Shown: piece by piece, positions 16,087 to 34,764 of the stretch | Numbering within the stretch: position 1 is the first letter of the stretch | Layout: every line of letters begins with the position of its first letter | The notes under the pieces: generated by a model | What the model was told of the DNA's origin: nothing | The model's input: the letters and a program-made list of their open reading frames with translations, nothing else | The model's database searches: none | Source of the DNA: the human T2T-CHM13v2.0 reference genome, Homo sapiens | Assembly (NCBI RefSeq): GCF_009914755.1 | Contig: NC_060944.1 | Reading direction: 5' to 3' (one strand) | DNA: 64,000 nt | Program-made: the position numbers and the translations under genes

Positions 16087-16619
16087 AGTAGTGGTCCCCA
16101 ACCTTTTTGGCACCAGAGACCAGTTTTGTGGAAGACAATTTTTCCATGGACTGGGGTTGAGGGGGGAATGGTTTCAGGATGATTCAAGCACATTACATTT
16201 ATTGTGCACTTTATTTCTATTATTATTACATTGAAATATCTAATGAAATAATTATAAAAGTCACCATAATGTAGAATCAGTGGGAGCCCTAAGCTTGTTG
16301 TTTTGCAGCTAGGTGGTCCCATCTTGGGGTGATGGGAGACAGTGACAGATCATAGGGCATTAAATTCTCATAAGGAGTGCACAACCTAGATCCCTTAAAT
16401 ATGCAGTCCACAATAGGGTTCACATTCCTGTGAGAATCTAATGCCACTGCTGATCTGACTGGAGGTGGAGCTCAGGTGATAATGCGAGTGATGGGGAGCG
16501 GCTATAAATACAGATGAAGCTTTGCTCACTTGCCCTCTGCTCACCTCCTGCTGTGCAGCCCCGTTCCTAACAGGCCACAGACCAGTACTGGTTCATGGTC
16601 TGGGGGTTTCAGACCCCTA
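16087..16619 (+). mobile_element. MER1A-like hAT-Charlie DNA transposon
   Basis: Begins gtggtccccaacctttttggcaccag and ends ...gacccct. ~530 bp with the characteristic caagcacattacatttattgtgcact core. Confidence 0.8.
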
Positions 16620-16743
16620 GTTTAGAGCTTTCCTGCCACTTAAAAACACATGACTTGAAAAAATGTCTTTTGGATTCGTGTTTCATTCACATTTTCACAA
16701 TTATCAACGTTACATTTGTCCATTAGAAAAAAGATGGACTGCT

Positions 16744-18246
16744 GCTCCCTCCCCCTCCCCCTCTCCCTCTACCCACGGTCTCCCTCTCCCTCTCTTTCCA
16801 CGGTCTCCCTCTGATGCCCAGCCGAAGCTGGACTGTACTGCTGCCATCTCGGCTCACTGCAACCTCCCTGCCTGATTCTCCTGCCTCAGCCTGCCGAGTG
16901 CCTGCGATTGCAGGCCCGCGCCGCCATGCCTGACTGGTTTTCATATTTTTTTGGTGGAGACGGGGTTTTGCTGTGTTGGCCGGGCTGGTCTCCAGCTCCT
17001 AACTGCGAGTGATCCACCAGCCTCGGCCTCCCGAGGTGCCGGGATTGCAGACGGAGTCTCGTTCACTCAGTGCTCAATGGTGCCCAGGCTGGAGTGCAGT
17101 GGCGTGATCTCGGCTCGCTACAACCCCCACCTCCCAGCCGCCTGCCTTGGCCTCCCAAAGTGCCAAGATTGCAGCCTCTGCCCGGCTGCCACCCCGTCTG
17201 GGAAGTGAGGAGCGCCTCTTCCCGGCCGCCATCCCATCTAGGAAGTGAGGAGCATCTCTGCCCGGCCGCCCATCATCTGAGATGTGGGGAGCGCCTCTGC
17301 CCCGCCGCCCCGTCTGGGATGTGAGGAGCGCCTCTGCCCGGCCGCGACCCCGTCTGGGAGGTGAGGAGCGCCTCTGCCCGGCCGCGACCCCGTCTGGGAG
17401 GTGAGGAGCGCCTCTGCCCGGCCGTGACCCCATCTGGGAGGTGAGGAGCCCCTCCGCCCGGCAGCCGCCCCGTCTGGGAAGTGAGGAGCGTCTCCGCCCG
17501 GCAGCCACCCCGTCCGGGAGGGAGGTGGGGGTCAGCCCCCACCCGGCCAAACACCCCATCTGGGAGGGAGGTGGGGGGGTCAGCCCCCGCCCGGCCAGCC
17601 GCCCCGTCCGGGAGGGAGGTGGGGGGCTCCTCTGCCCGGCCAGCCGCCCTGTCCGGGAGGTGGGGGGCGCCTCTGCCCGGCCACCCCTTCTGGGAAGTGA
17701 GGAGCCCCTCTGCCCGGCCACCACCCCGTGTGGGAGGTGTACCCAACAGCTCATTGAGGACGGGCCATGATGACGATGGCGGTTTTGTGGAATAGAAAAG
17801 GGGGAAGGGTGGGGAAAAGATTGAGAAATCGGATGGTTGCTCTGTCTGTGTAGAAAGAAGTAGACATGGGAGACTTTTCATTTTGTTCTGTACTAAGAAA
17901 AATTCTTCTGCCTTGGGATCCTGTTGATCTGTGACCTTACCCCCAACCCTGTGCTCTCTGAAACATGTACTGTGTCCACTCAGGGTTAAATGGATTAAGG
18001 GCGGTGCAAGATGTGCTTTGTTAAACAGATGCTTGAAGGCAGCATGCTCGTTAAGAGTCATCACCACTCCCTAATCTCAAGTACCCAGGGACACAAACAC
18101 TGCGGAAGGCCGCAGGGTCCTCTGCCTAGGAAAACCAGAGACCTTTGTTCACTTGTTTATCTGCTGACCTTCCCTCCACTATTGTCCTATGACCCTGCCA
18201 AATCCCCCTCTGCAAGAAACACCCAAGAATGATCAATAAAAAAAAA
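16744..18246 (+). mobile_element. SVA retrotransposon (short CCCTCT head, Alu-like region, GC-rich VNTR, SINE-R, AATAAA, poly(A))
   Basis: All SVA modules in order. Perfect 19-bp TSD agaaaaaagatggactgct (16725-16743 and 18247-18265) at a TT|AGAAAA L1-endonuclease-like site. Confidence 0.96.
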
Positions 18247-18344
18247 AGAAAAAAGATGGACTGCTAAGACTCTTCTAATTTCAACTCTTAGAAATTTTCA
18301 GATTTTAAAGAAAGGAAGGTTAAATCTAAACAATTTTTTAAATT

Positions 18345-18635
18345 TACTTATTTATTTTTGAGACAGCATCTCACTCTGTCGCCCAGTCTGGAGTTCAGTG
18401 GTGCCATCTCACTGCAGCCTCCTTCTCCAGGTGCAAGTGATTTTCGTACCTCAGCCTCCTGAGTAGCTGGGATTACAGGCGCATGCCACCACACCCGGCT
18501 AATCTTTTTGTATTTTTAGTAGAGACAGGGTTCACCATGTTGGCCAGGCTGGTCTCGAACTCCCGACCTCAGGTAATCCACCCACCTCGGCCTCCCAAAA
18601 TGCTAGATTACAGGCGTGAGCCTCCGCACCCAGCC
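18345..18635 (-). mobile_element. AluS
   Basis: Dimeric Alu consensus match. Confidence 0.85.
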
Positions 18636-19061
18636 AGGAAGATTAAATATTTTATCACCTACTTTTGTCAATGTTTCTCATTGGTTACAGTCAGGAACTA
18701 GAAGAGAGAATTGTTAAAAACTTGTGATTAGGAATTGTATGCAACCATTTCAAGGGTAATATCTGATATTTTTAAAATGTCCATGAAAACCAGATCAAGT
18801 TTCTCATTAAAATATGTGAAGAGATTTTATGTGAAAATGATATATAAATTCAATATTTAGTACATTTTTTTACTTTATCTCTCCTAAGAATGTGAAAATG
18901 ATTTTCTTCACTAAGCTCCAAGTGCATGCGTTCATCCCTCTGGAGTGTCCAGTATGTGGCACAGATACTCTTTTATTTGTGCTCCATGACTCAGGGAGAA
19001 TGCTGACTGGCCACCTCTGCCATCCAGTCACAGCCAAAGGACGTTCTCAGAGCCACTGTCT

Positions 19062-19161
19062 CAGCAACTCCATGAGGTGGTCCTGTAATTGCCTCTATTT
19101 TATGAGGAGAAAAGGGAGGCTTGAGAGGTAAAGAAACTCCCCAAGGATGCGCAGATAGTAA
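19062..19161. repeat. MIR-like 100-bp segment, directly duplicated at 21758-21857
   Basis: MIR core motif (ctattttatga.gagaaaa.tgaggct). About 91% ungapped identity between the two copies by eye. Confidence 0.85.
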
Positions 19162-19247
19162 AGTAGGGCTAATGGTTAGAGAGTAATGCCATGGCTAGGC
19201 CACAGATGGAAGGGATTGCAATGGAATATAAGGGAATATTCTGTGTT

Positions 19248-20179
<932 letters not shown>

Positions 20180-20733
20180 CAGCCATTTGTTTTTAAAGAC
20201 AGATCTAGCTTTAAAAATGGAAGCAACTTGATCAAAATTCTGTTACAAAATTTTTGAAACCATTGAAGTTTAATGTTAGATAAAAAATTAAATTTAGAGA
20301 ACTACGTGAGAGGCCACGTGCTGATGCCTCCCCACATTATATTTTGCTCGGCAAATAATAATGCCTTTATTTGCTAAAATGCTAGCTTGTGTCAGTGTCT
20401 GCAATGGCTTTTCTGTGCAGGAGTAGGTGCTGTTGTCTGCATTAACCAGGTTTTGGACTCCCTGGGAGCTGAGGCAGCTTTTGTCCTCCCCAGCACTTGG
20501 CTGAGGCCTGGGCACATAGAGACGCTCAGTTGCCAAGATCCCCAAAGCAGTGACGGCTTGCCTCCGGAGAACAAGTCCTCTGGACAGCTTACCGCTTTCC
20601 TCCCCTTCCCAGAGAGCTAAACCAGTGCTTCCCAGCCTTGCCCTGCAAAAACCCCAACACAGAAGGAGGCACCAGCTATGACCTGGCAAGAACTCACATC
20701 CTTTGAGGTTTCATTGTTAAAAATTGCAGCTAT

Positions 20734-21055
<322 letters not shown>

Positions 21056-22227
21056 TTAAGTATATCTGATTGTTTTAATATTAAAATGGATTTTTTCACT
21101 CCAAAGCTTTGGGTAGAATTGAAACCCTAAGAAGATGGGCAGTTTTAGCTTATGGTTTGGGACACTCTATGAGCCTCCAGAGAGAGAGAGTGTGCGCACA
21201 AGCACACACACAAATGTGCACTATCAATCTGAAATTTCATTCTTTTCCTCTTAATGAATAATCAAGGAGTTCAAGACACACTTGTTTTCACTTTGACACT
21301 ATAATTCGTTTCATTTTGAGAAAGAGAATTTTGAGTTGAAGATAAATGACAGTTGAAAAGCAAACGTGCTACTAATATGTTCACATTTGCCCAAAATGTC
21401 TAGTATTCCAGTTAAACTGAATATTGCTAAAGGTTCAATTAAATGAAAAGATATGTCCAGTGAAGGACATTAGGCTCCAAGTGGGATAAAAAGAAAAAGC
21501 CTGATCTTAGAAGGTCTTGAGGAAGCAAGGATTGTTGGCAACATGGGCCCTTGAGATTAAGCCTTAGGCTATGGCCTCATGCCTCTGAGTACAGTAGTTG
21601 CTTACCACTGAGGAGCAGACACTACTCAGCTCTTGCAGAGCCAGTGCTAGGCTGGGCTTGGTAAAAACAGCAAAGGTCACAAAGCATTAAGCAGACAATA
21701 TTAGGTGCTAAAAATACAAAAATAACGGAAGCTCCCATTTCTGAACTCCTCTTTCTCCAGCAGCTCTATGAGGTGGTCCTGTAATTGCCTCTATTTTATG
21801 AAGAGAAAACTGAGGCTTCAGAGGTTAAGTAACTCCCCAAGGATGCACAGATAGTAAGCAGAAGATAGCATCTAAGTCCAGGCTAGAATGGGCCTCTCAG
21901 CCAGCCCCCTCCTTGTCTGCAGAAGTGAGTAAGATGTAGGAGGAAATCATCCAAGGCCAAAGAGGCCCTTGAACCCTGGATAGGGACTCATGATTCAGAG
22001 CCCAGCCATATACTTCCCATTCACTTTGCTGGTGGGACCTCTAACTTCTTGTTTAGATATTTGATTGCTGGTCTCCCAAGTCAAGTTTCTTAACCTGAGG
22101 TGGTTGTATGCAAAGGCAAGTGTATATGAGTATGAGAGTATGAATGTATTTCTGGGGAGAGGGCCTGAAGCTTTATCAGATCTTCAAAGGGGTATGTGAG
22201 ACAAATAGTAGTAATTAGCCCTGTTTA

Positions 22228-22634
<407 letters not shown>

Positions 22635-22639
22635 TTAAA

Positions 22640-23172
22640 ATGTTTATTTTAAATTTTGACATAATATCAGGCTTAAGGAAAAGTTGCAAAAGAGAACAAA
22701 GAATTTCCAGATACTCTTTACCCCAGTTCTGTAAATGTTAATATTTTATACATTTGCCTCTCCCTCCTCTCTTTCTCACACATGCACACTCACTCATACA
22801 CACAGACACTTTTTTTTTCTGGACAAGTTAAAAGTAAGTTGCAGATATCATGCTCATTTTACCCTTAATATTTTGGTGTGTATTTCTAAAAGCAAGGAAT
22901 GTTCTTACCTAACCACAGTACAATGATCAAAATCAGGGAAATCAGTGTTAATATGCTGTTATCCAATCTATAAATCAAATTCAGATTTCACTAATTGTCC
23001 TACTACTGCCCTTTATGGCAAAAGAATATCCAAGATCCAGTGTTGCATTCAGTGGCCATGCTGCTTTAATCTATAATCAGGAACTGTTCCTGAGTCTTTT
23101 TTGACATTGACATTTTGAAGAGTACTTGGCTAATTTGTAGAATGTCCCTGAATTTGGGTATGTTCGCTGTTT
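22640..23172 (-). mobile_element. Ancient L1M (L1MC/ME-type) 3' UTR fragment
   Basis: Motifs gaaaagttgcaaaa and tttgtagaatgtccctgaatttggg typical of old L1 3' ends. Confidence 0.55.
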
Positions 23173-26290
<3,118 letters not shown>

Positions 26291-26469
26291 ATGTCAGCAG
26301 GGCCCTAGAAATCAGGACCTTTACTTTTTAGCACACACAGTTTTTAAAAATTTATAATTCAACCCAGTTTATTATATTTACAATTTCCTACGTTTTAAAG
26401 TATTGAATAGATGACTTACGAGGTACAAAATGAATTTTCAGAGCAAAGTTGGAGAACTTTCACTTCTCG

Positions 26470-26772
26470 TTTTCTCTTTTTTTTTTTTTTAGATGGAGTC
26501 TTATTCCATTGTCCAGGCTGGACTGCAGTGGTGTGGTCTCAGCTCACTGCAACCCCCACCTCCTGAGTTCAAGCTATTCTCCTACCTCAGCCTCCTGGGT
26601 AGCTGGGATTACAGGCACCCGCCACCACGCCTGGCTGATTTTTTGTATTTTTAGTAGAGACAGGGTTTCACCATGTTGGTCAGGCTGGTCTCAAACTCCT
26701 CACCTCAGGTCATCTCCCCTCCTTGGCCTCCCAAAGTGCTGTGATTACAGGCATGCACCACTGCACCTAGCC
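26470..26772 (-). mobile_element. AluS
   Basis: TSD cacttctc.tttt. Confidence 0.85.
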
Positions 26773-26779
26773 ACACTTC

Positions 26780-29345
26780 TCATTTTCAAAACTTAACTAC
26801 AACGCTACAGTGATCAAAGCAGTGTGGTGATGGCATAAGGACAGATCATACAGAACAATGGAATAGAATTAAGAGCCTAAAAATAAACCCTTATAATCAG
26901 CTGATTAATGAGAAAGGAATAGTCTTTTTAGAAAATAGTTCTGGGACAACTGGATATCCACATGCCAAATGAATAAATGTGGACTCCACCCCCCCGACCG
27001 GCCTACTTCACATCATACAAAAATTAACACAAAATGCATCATAAGCCTAAATGTAAGAACTAATACTATAAAACTCTCAGAAGAAAGCATAGGAGTAAAT
27101 TTTCATGATCTTGGTTAGTCAGTGGTTTCTTAGATATAATGCTAAAAGCACAAATGATAAAACATTGATAAATTATATTTAATAAAAATTAAAAGCATTC
27201 AACTTCAAAAGACATAATCAACAAAGTAAAAAGACAAGCCGCAGACTGGAAGAAAACCTTTCAAATTCACGTATCTGATAAGGTATTTATATCCAGAGTA
27301 CATAGAGAACTCTTACAACTCAACAATATAAACACCCACCCAGATGGGTTTACAGGTGAATTCTAGCAAGCATTTAGGAAATAAATTATAGTAATTATTT
27401 TACAATCTATCTCTCAGAAAATAGAAGCAGAGGGCCTACTTCCTAACTCATTCCTGAGGTCAGCATTACCCTAATACCAAAACCAAATACACTGCAAGAA
27501 AACTACAGATTAGTATCTCTCATGAACATAGGTGCAGGAATTCTCAACAAAATATTAGCAAGTTGAATCCAACAATGTATAAAAAGAATTATAAAAGACA
27601 ACCAAGTGTGATATATCCAGGAATGTAAGGCTGGTTCAGCATTCAAAAATCAGTTAATGCAATTCATCATATCAACAGAACAAAGAAGGAAAATCACACG
27701 ATTATATCAATACATGCATAAAAAGCATTTGACAAACTTCGATACCCATGCATGATAAAAACTCTCAGCAAAGTAGGAATAGATGGGAATTTCCTTAACT
27801 TGATACAGAACATCTACAAAAACTCTACAGCTAAAATCATATCTAATGGTGAAAAGCTAGAAGTTTGTACACTAAGATCAGGAACAAGGCAAGGATGTCC
27901 TCTTCCTTTCACCACTCTTTTCAATATTGTACTGGAAGTCCTAGCTCATGCAATAAGATAAGAAAATAAAACTTTGTTTACAGATGACGTGATTACCTAT
28001 GTAGAAAATCCAAAAGAATAAACAAAAAACTCCTGGAATTAATAAGTGATTATAGCAAGGTTGCAGGATATAAAGTTAGTATACAAAAGTCATTCACTTT
28101 CCTATATATTAGTAATGAACAAGTGGAATTTGAAATTTAAAAAACACAATGTTATTTATATTAGCAACCCCTAAAATGAAATACTCCGGTACAAATCTAA
28201 CAAAATGAAAGGTATACAGACTGTGAAGGAAGATATAATGCTGTCTTTGTTTGCAGATGTTATGATTATTTATGTTGAAAATGTGAGTAATAAAGAAAAA
28301 GGAAAAAAACAAAACTCCTGAAACTAATAAAGTGATTATATCAAGGTTGTAGGATACAAGGTTAATACAAAAAAAAGCCAGTCACTTTCTTATATACCAG
28401 CAATGAACAAGTGGAATTTGAAATTAAAAACACAATACCATTAACACTAGTACCAAAAAAGAAATACTTAGGTACAAATCTAACAAAACATGTACAAGAT
28501 CTATGTGAGGAAAACTATAAAAGTCTAATGAAAGAAATCAAATTACTAAATGGGAGCTATTCCATGTTCATGGATACTGTCAAGATGTCACCTCTCTTCA
28601 ACTTGATGTACAGAATCAATGCAGTTTCAGTAAAGATGCCAGCAAGCTCTTTTTTATTATATTGACAAATTGGTTCTAAAATTTACATGGAGATGCAAAA
28701 AACCCAGAATAGCTAGTTTGAAGAAGAACAAAGTCAGAGGACTGACACTACCCAACTTTAAAACTTACTATAAAGTTACAATAATCAAAGCAGTGGTATT
28801 GACAAAAGAGTAAAGAAATAGATTAACGAAACAGAATAGGGAGCCCAGAAATAGACCCACATAAATATAGTCAGCTGATCTTTGACAAAGGAGCAAAGGC
28901 AATACAATGGAGCAAAGATAGTCTTTCCAACAAAGGATGCTAAAAGAACTTGAGGTCCTATACTTTTCATAAAAATTAACTCAAAATGGATCAGAGATCT
29001 ACACGTAAAATGCAAAACTATGAAAGTCCTAGAAGATTACATAGGAGAAAATCTAGATGACCTTGAGTATGATGATGACTTTTTAGATATAACACCAAAA
29101 GTATGATTAATGAAAGAAATAATTGGACTTCATTGAGATTAAAAATTTTGCCTTCTCATTACAAATGAGAAGGCAAGCCACAGACTAAAAGATATAATTG
29201 TAATAGACTTATTTAAAATATTCAAATAATCTTAAAACTTAACAAAGAAGATAGATATGGCAAATAAGCATATGAAAAGATGCTCAACACCACATCATTA
29301 AAGAATTGCAAATTGAAACAATGAGATACAACTGCATACCTTTTA
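26780..29345 (+). mobile_element. Degraded L1M ORF2 fragments (late ORF2 piece, then RT region to late ORF2) with an internal tandem duplication
   Basis: ORF 27752..27961 ([11 protein letters not shown]...[14 protein letters not shown]) is an L1 RT motif. KYLGTNLTKHVQDL also present. Confidence 0.85.
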
Positions 29346-31203
29346 GAACATTTTAGGGGAATCTCAGTGTTTCTCATTTACTTAAATAAGTTCTTGCTAC
29401 AGTTTTGGTGGTAATCCTCACAGGAGTCTGAGGGGACTGATTGCATCTGGAGAATTTGTGGGGAAGCCTCGGAAGCTTATTTCATGAATTATTAGAGTGA
29501 GGAGGGAGGTTGAGGGAGGGAGGGAAAGAGAAGGAAGAGACCAAGACCAAGAAAAAACAACCCAAAGGCAGGTCTTGTCGTATCTTCTAGTCCCTCGGCT
29601 GGACCTCAACCAACCCCCAGTGCTCATCTCTGAGCACTAGGAGGAGGGACTGTAAGGAAAAACTGGTCACCTGTTCTCTTTCTCTGGAGGCCCTTTGTTC
29701 CAGTTGCACAGCCTGATTCGCTCTTCCATCTGCTCCCATTAGTCAACGAAGGCCTGGTGTCACCATCCCAGGAACCTGGCTTCTTTCGCTGGGCTCCCTC
29801 CAGTCAGCAACACCAGATTGCTCTTTCTTCCCACTTAGCCCTGCCCCCTTTTGAATCTCATATAAAGTTCTATTTTCTCTTCTAATTCTCAGGTTATTTG
29901 CATTACAGCCACAGGTGTGGCTGTAAAAAACTTGGCCTTTGGATTGTTTGGGCTTGAATCCTGTATTTGCTACCTGTGGTTCAGTTTCCCTACCTGTTAA
30001 AAATATTTCTTTTGTTGTGAGGGGTATGTGAAGTACATACATGGCGCCTCGTAACTGGTGGGCACACAACAATGGTGGTTATCCTCAGGAGTAGAGAGTA
30101 CCCCAAACAGTGTGGGGCTGGAACTGTGTAATTCTTCACCTTCACTGCACAAAGCACCAGGTTCCTGGGTTCCTTCCTCAGAGAATCTTATGTAGTTGGT
30201 CTGGGGTGTAGCCCTGGCATAGGGGTTTTTAAAAGCTTCCCAGACCAGATGATCCTGACAGATGGCCAAGACTGAGAACCATAGGTGTGCGGGACTAATC
30301 AAGGATGGAAATCTCTTTGTGCACTTTATCTAACCCGCCTCACCCCCTAGATCCTATGCCTTTGCTTAGCCCTGGTCTTGACCCCCAGGCACACTGTGCC
30401 TCCAATGCTGGACAGGCCCTCATTTCACTTTCTGAAGTGTATTTCTTTCTCCAAGCCCGAAGGCCTGTCTGAACATTTGGTAACTGACCTACTCAGAATG
30501 AAGCAGGACTCACTTTGTCTTTTTTAGGTAGAAGCTGACTCCGTGTTGGATTACATTTTTTCTCACAATCACTTTTTCTTTGGTATCATATTGGTGCTTA
30601 TCCTTTTCCTCCCTGAATTTCTATAGACAGAAGACCAGACTCACTGGCTTTCGTGCACTAAAAATCTAAACCACTGGAGTTTACATGGAGGAGCCCAGGT
30701 GTAAATTAATGTTTGGGCAAAGCAAGGCTTCTCCCCAGGGTAATCAAAATCCCCAGGGCTAGAGATAAGGAAGGGAGGGGTGAGGTAGGAAGAAGGCTGT
30801 ACAGCTGAATTAGGTAGGATGCTTTAGGCTGCAAGTAATAGAAATGCCAACTCAAACTGGTTTAACCCACCATCAATTATTGTCTCACCTAGCATATGTC
30901 CAGAGGCAGTGTGTCCCATAGTCACATAGCTTGTTAGCTTATTAGCTGTGTGGCCTTGTGCAACTGACTTAGTCTCAATTTCCTCATCTGTGAGAAGGAT
31001 TGTTGCATATCAAATTAGATAATATAAGCAAAATTCTTACAGCACTCTATAGCATAAAGTAAGTGCTTTATAAGTGTTAGCAACTGTATTGGTCAGTCAT
31101 TGCTCCATAACAAACAAATGCAAACATCTCAGTCTACAACAATTGGTATTTCCTTCTCATGTGTCTACAGGTTGGCAGGATTTGGTTGGGCCACTCTAAT
31201 TCA

Positions 31204-31551
<348 letters not shown>

Positions 31552-31985
31552 TTAGCTCTTGTGCTGATGGGCTCAGGTTTGCCTCACACATGTTCCTTCT
31601 GGTCTCATGGCAGCACTACAACAGGCACCAGAAGAATGCTTTCCCACAGCAATAGTAGAGGCACAAGACAGTGGAAAAACACAAGGCCTTGGTCAGGAAC
31701 TGGGACATTGTCCCACACGCGTGTGTGTGTGTTTGTGTGTGTGTATGCACACATACAGGGCAGAAATTATGAGTGAAAGAGACAGGGATGGAGGAAGGAA
31801 TGGGGGAAGGAGGAGAGGAGTAGGTAAGGAAGGAATGCACGTCAATCTGAGTAAAGGGTATATAGGTATTCTTTGTACTGTTTTTATTTTTGCAACTTTT
31901 CTGTGTTTACAGTTATTTCCAAATAAAAAATAAGCAGAAAGGAAAAGCTAATCATCTCCCCCTATTCCAGTCCCCCAGGCATGTA

Positions 31986-33797
31986 TCCTTCCGTAGCTTC
32001 TCCACACCTACACGAACCTAGACGATTCCTTCCACACCTTCCCCACACCCACACGAACCTAGATGAATTCCTTCCACACCTTCTCCACACCCACACGAAC
32101 CTAGACGATTCCTTCCACACCTTCCCCACACCCATTCTCCACACCCACACGAACCTAGACGATTCCTTCCACACCTCCACACCCACACGAACCTAGATGA
32201 ATTCCTTCCACACCTTCCCCACACCCACACAAACCTAGACGATTCCTTCCACACCTTCTCCACACCCACACGAACCTAGACGAATTCCTTCCAGACCTTC
32301 TCCACACCCACACAGACCTAGACGATTCCTTCCACACCTCCACACCCACACGAACCTAGACGAATTCCTTCCACACCTTCTCCACACCCACACGAACCTA
32401 GACGAATTCCTTCCACACCTTCTCCACACCCACACGAACCTAGACGAATTCCTTCCACACCTTCTCCACACCCACACGAACCTAGACGATTCCTTCCACA
32501 CTTTCCCCACACCCACAAGAACCTAGACGATTCCTTCCACACCTCCACACCCACACGAACCTAGATGAATTCCTTCCACACCTTCCCCACACCCACACAA
32601 ACCTAGACGATTCCTTCCACACCTTCTCCACACCCACACAAACCTAGACAATTCCTTCCACACACACATGAACCTAGATGAATTCCTTCCACACCTTCTC
32701 CACACCCACATGAACCTAGACGATTCCTTCCACACCTTCTCCACACCCACACACACCTAGATGAATTCCTTCCACACCTTCCCCACACCCACACAGACCT
32801 AGACGAATTCCTTCCACACATTCTCCACACCCACACGAACCTAGACGATTCCTTCCACACCTCCATACCCACACGAACCTAGACAATTCCTTCCACACCT
32901 TCTCACACCCACACAAACCTAGATGAATTCCTTCCACACCTTCTCCACACCCACACGAACCTAAACGATTCCTTCCACACCTTCTCCACACCCACACACA
33001 CCTAGATGAATTCCTTCCACACCTTCCCCACACCCACACAGACCTAGACGAATTCCTTCCACACCTTCTCCACACCCACACGAACCTAGACGATTCCTTC
33101 CACACCTTCTCCATACCCACACGAACCTAGACAATTCCTTCCACACCTTCTCACACCCACACAAACCTAGATGAATTCCTTCCACACCTTCCCCACACCC
33201 ACACAGACCTAGACGAATTCCTTCCACACCTTCTCCACACCCACACGAACCTAGACAATTCCTTCCACACCTTCTCACACCCACACAAACCTAGACGAAT
33301 TCCTTCCACACCTTCTCCACACCCACACAAACCTAGACGAATTCCTTCCACACCTTCCTCACACCCACACGAACCTAGACGATTCCTTCCACACCTTCCC
33401 CACACCCACACAGACCTAGACGAATTCCTTCCACACCTTCTCCACACCCACACGAACCTAGACGATTCCTTCCACACCTTCCCCACACCCACACGAACCT
33501 AGACAATTCCTTCCACACCTTCTCACACCCACACAAACCTAGATGAATTCCTTCCACACCTTCTCCACACCCACACAAACCTAGACGAATTCCTTCCACA
33601 CCTTCCTCACACCCACACGAACCTAGACGATTCCTTCCACACCTTCCCCACACCCACACAGACCTAGACGAATTCCTTCCACACCTTCCTAACACCCACA
33701 CGAACCTAGAGAATTCCTTCCACACCTTCACACCCACACAAACCTAGACGAATTCCTTCCACACCTTCTCCACACCCACACAAACCTAGACAAATTC
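31986..33797. repeat. Minisatellite/VNTR, unit ~38-42 bp (CTTCTCCACACCCACACGAACCTAGACGAATTCCTTCCACAC), roughly 43-44 copies
   Basis: Tandem periodicity is directly visible. Copy number estimated as length divided by unit size. Confidence 0.97.
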
Positions 33798-33833
33798 TTA
33801 TACACTTAAAATGGGATTTTGTTGTTTTATTAA

Positions 33834-34171
<338 letters not shown>

Positions 34172-34764
34172 GATTTTTCTCTTCACAATACATCATAGAC
34201 ATCCCTTCAGGCCAAAAGACATAGATTTAATTTACTTTTAAATAGAGCTGCATAGTATTCTACATGTGTGTAAGTATCACAGTTTCTTCAACCATCCCTT
34301 ATTGGTTGATACTCTGGCAGTTTCCAGTTTTTTGCCTACAAATAAAGCAGCAAACAGTATGCTTGCACATATAACCTGTTGTATTGGTGCCAAATCCATG
34401 AATCACTTCTGAAAGTATAATTTTAATCAGAGTCAAGTAGCACCACAGATCCTCCAAGATCCATTCTGCTCAACACTCTTCCACAGTGGCTATTAAGGCT
34501 GGTCTCCAGCTGTTCACACCTTATGTCCAGTGCATGCAAGCCTGGCATTTTTCTGGAGGGCCAGCAGATCTTCTAAGAAGCTGGGCACACCGAGTTTCTC
34601 CTTGAACGTGAAGAGACTATTGAAACCTGTCTGCTATCTTTTGGTAGGTCCCTCATATTTGGCAGGTGAGTCCAGTATTACTATATGTTCACCAAACTTC
34701 ACAGAGTCCTTCTCATCTCACTCATGAGCGTCTGGTAATTATAACTTTAAAAAGGTTTTGTTAG

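Noticed and set aside
17070-18232. Long ORFs up to 264 aa on both strands
   Set aside because: By-products of the GC-rich SVA VNTR and SINE-R; not genes.
32000-33790. Telomere-like sequence (GTGTGGGTGTGG on the minus strand resembles budding-yeast TG1-3)
   Set aside because: No TTAGGG repeats. The resemblance is limited to part of each unit and has no known meaning in primates.
31962-33797. CRISPR-like array or repetitive Trp/Cys/Gly-rich protein
   Set aside because: Units are contiguous with no unique spacers, there are no cas genes and the context is primate. The ORFs arise because the 42-bp unit is a multiple of 3, and they are broken by shorter units.
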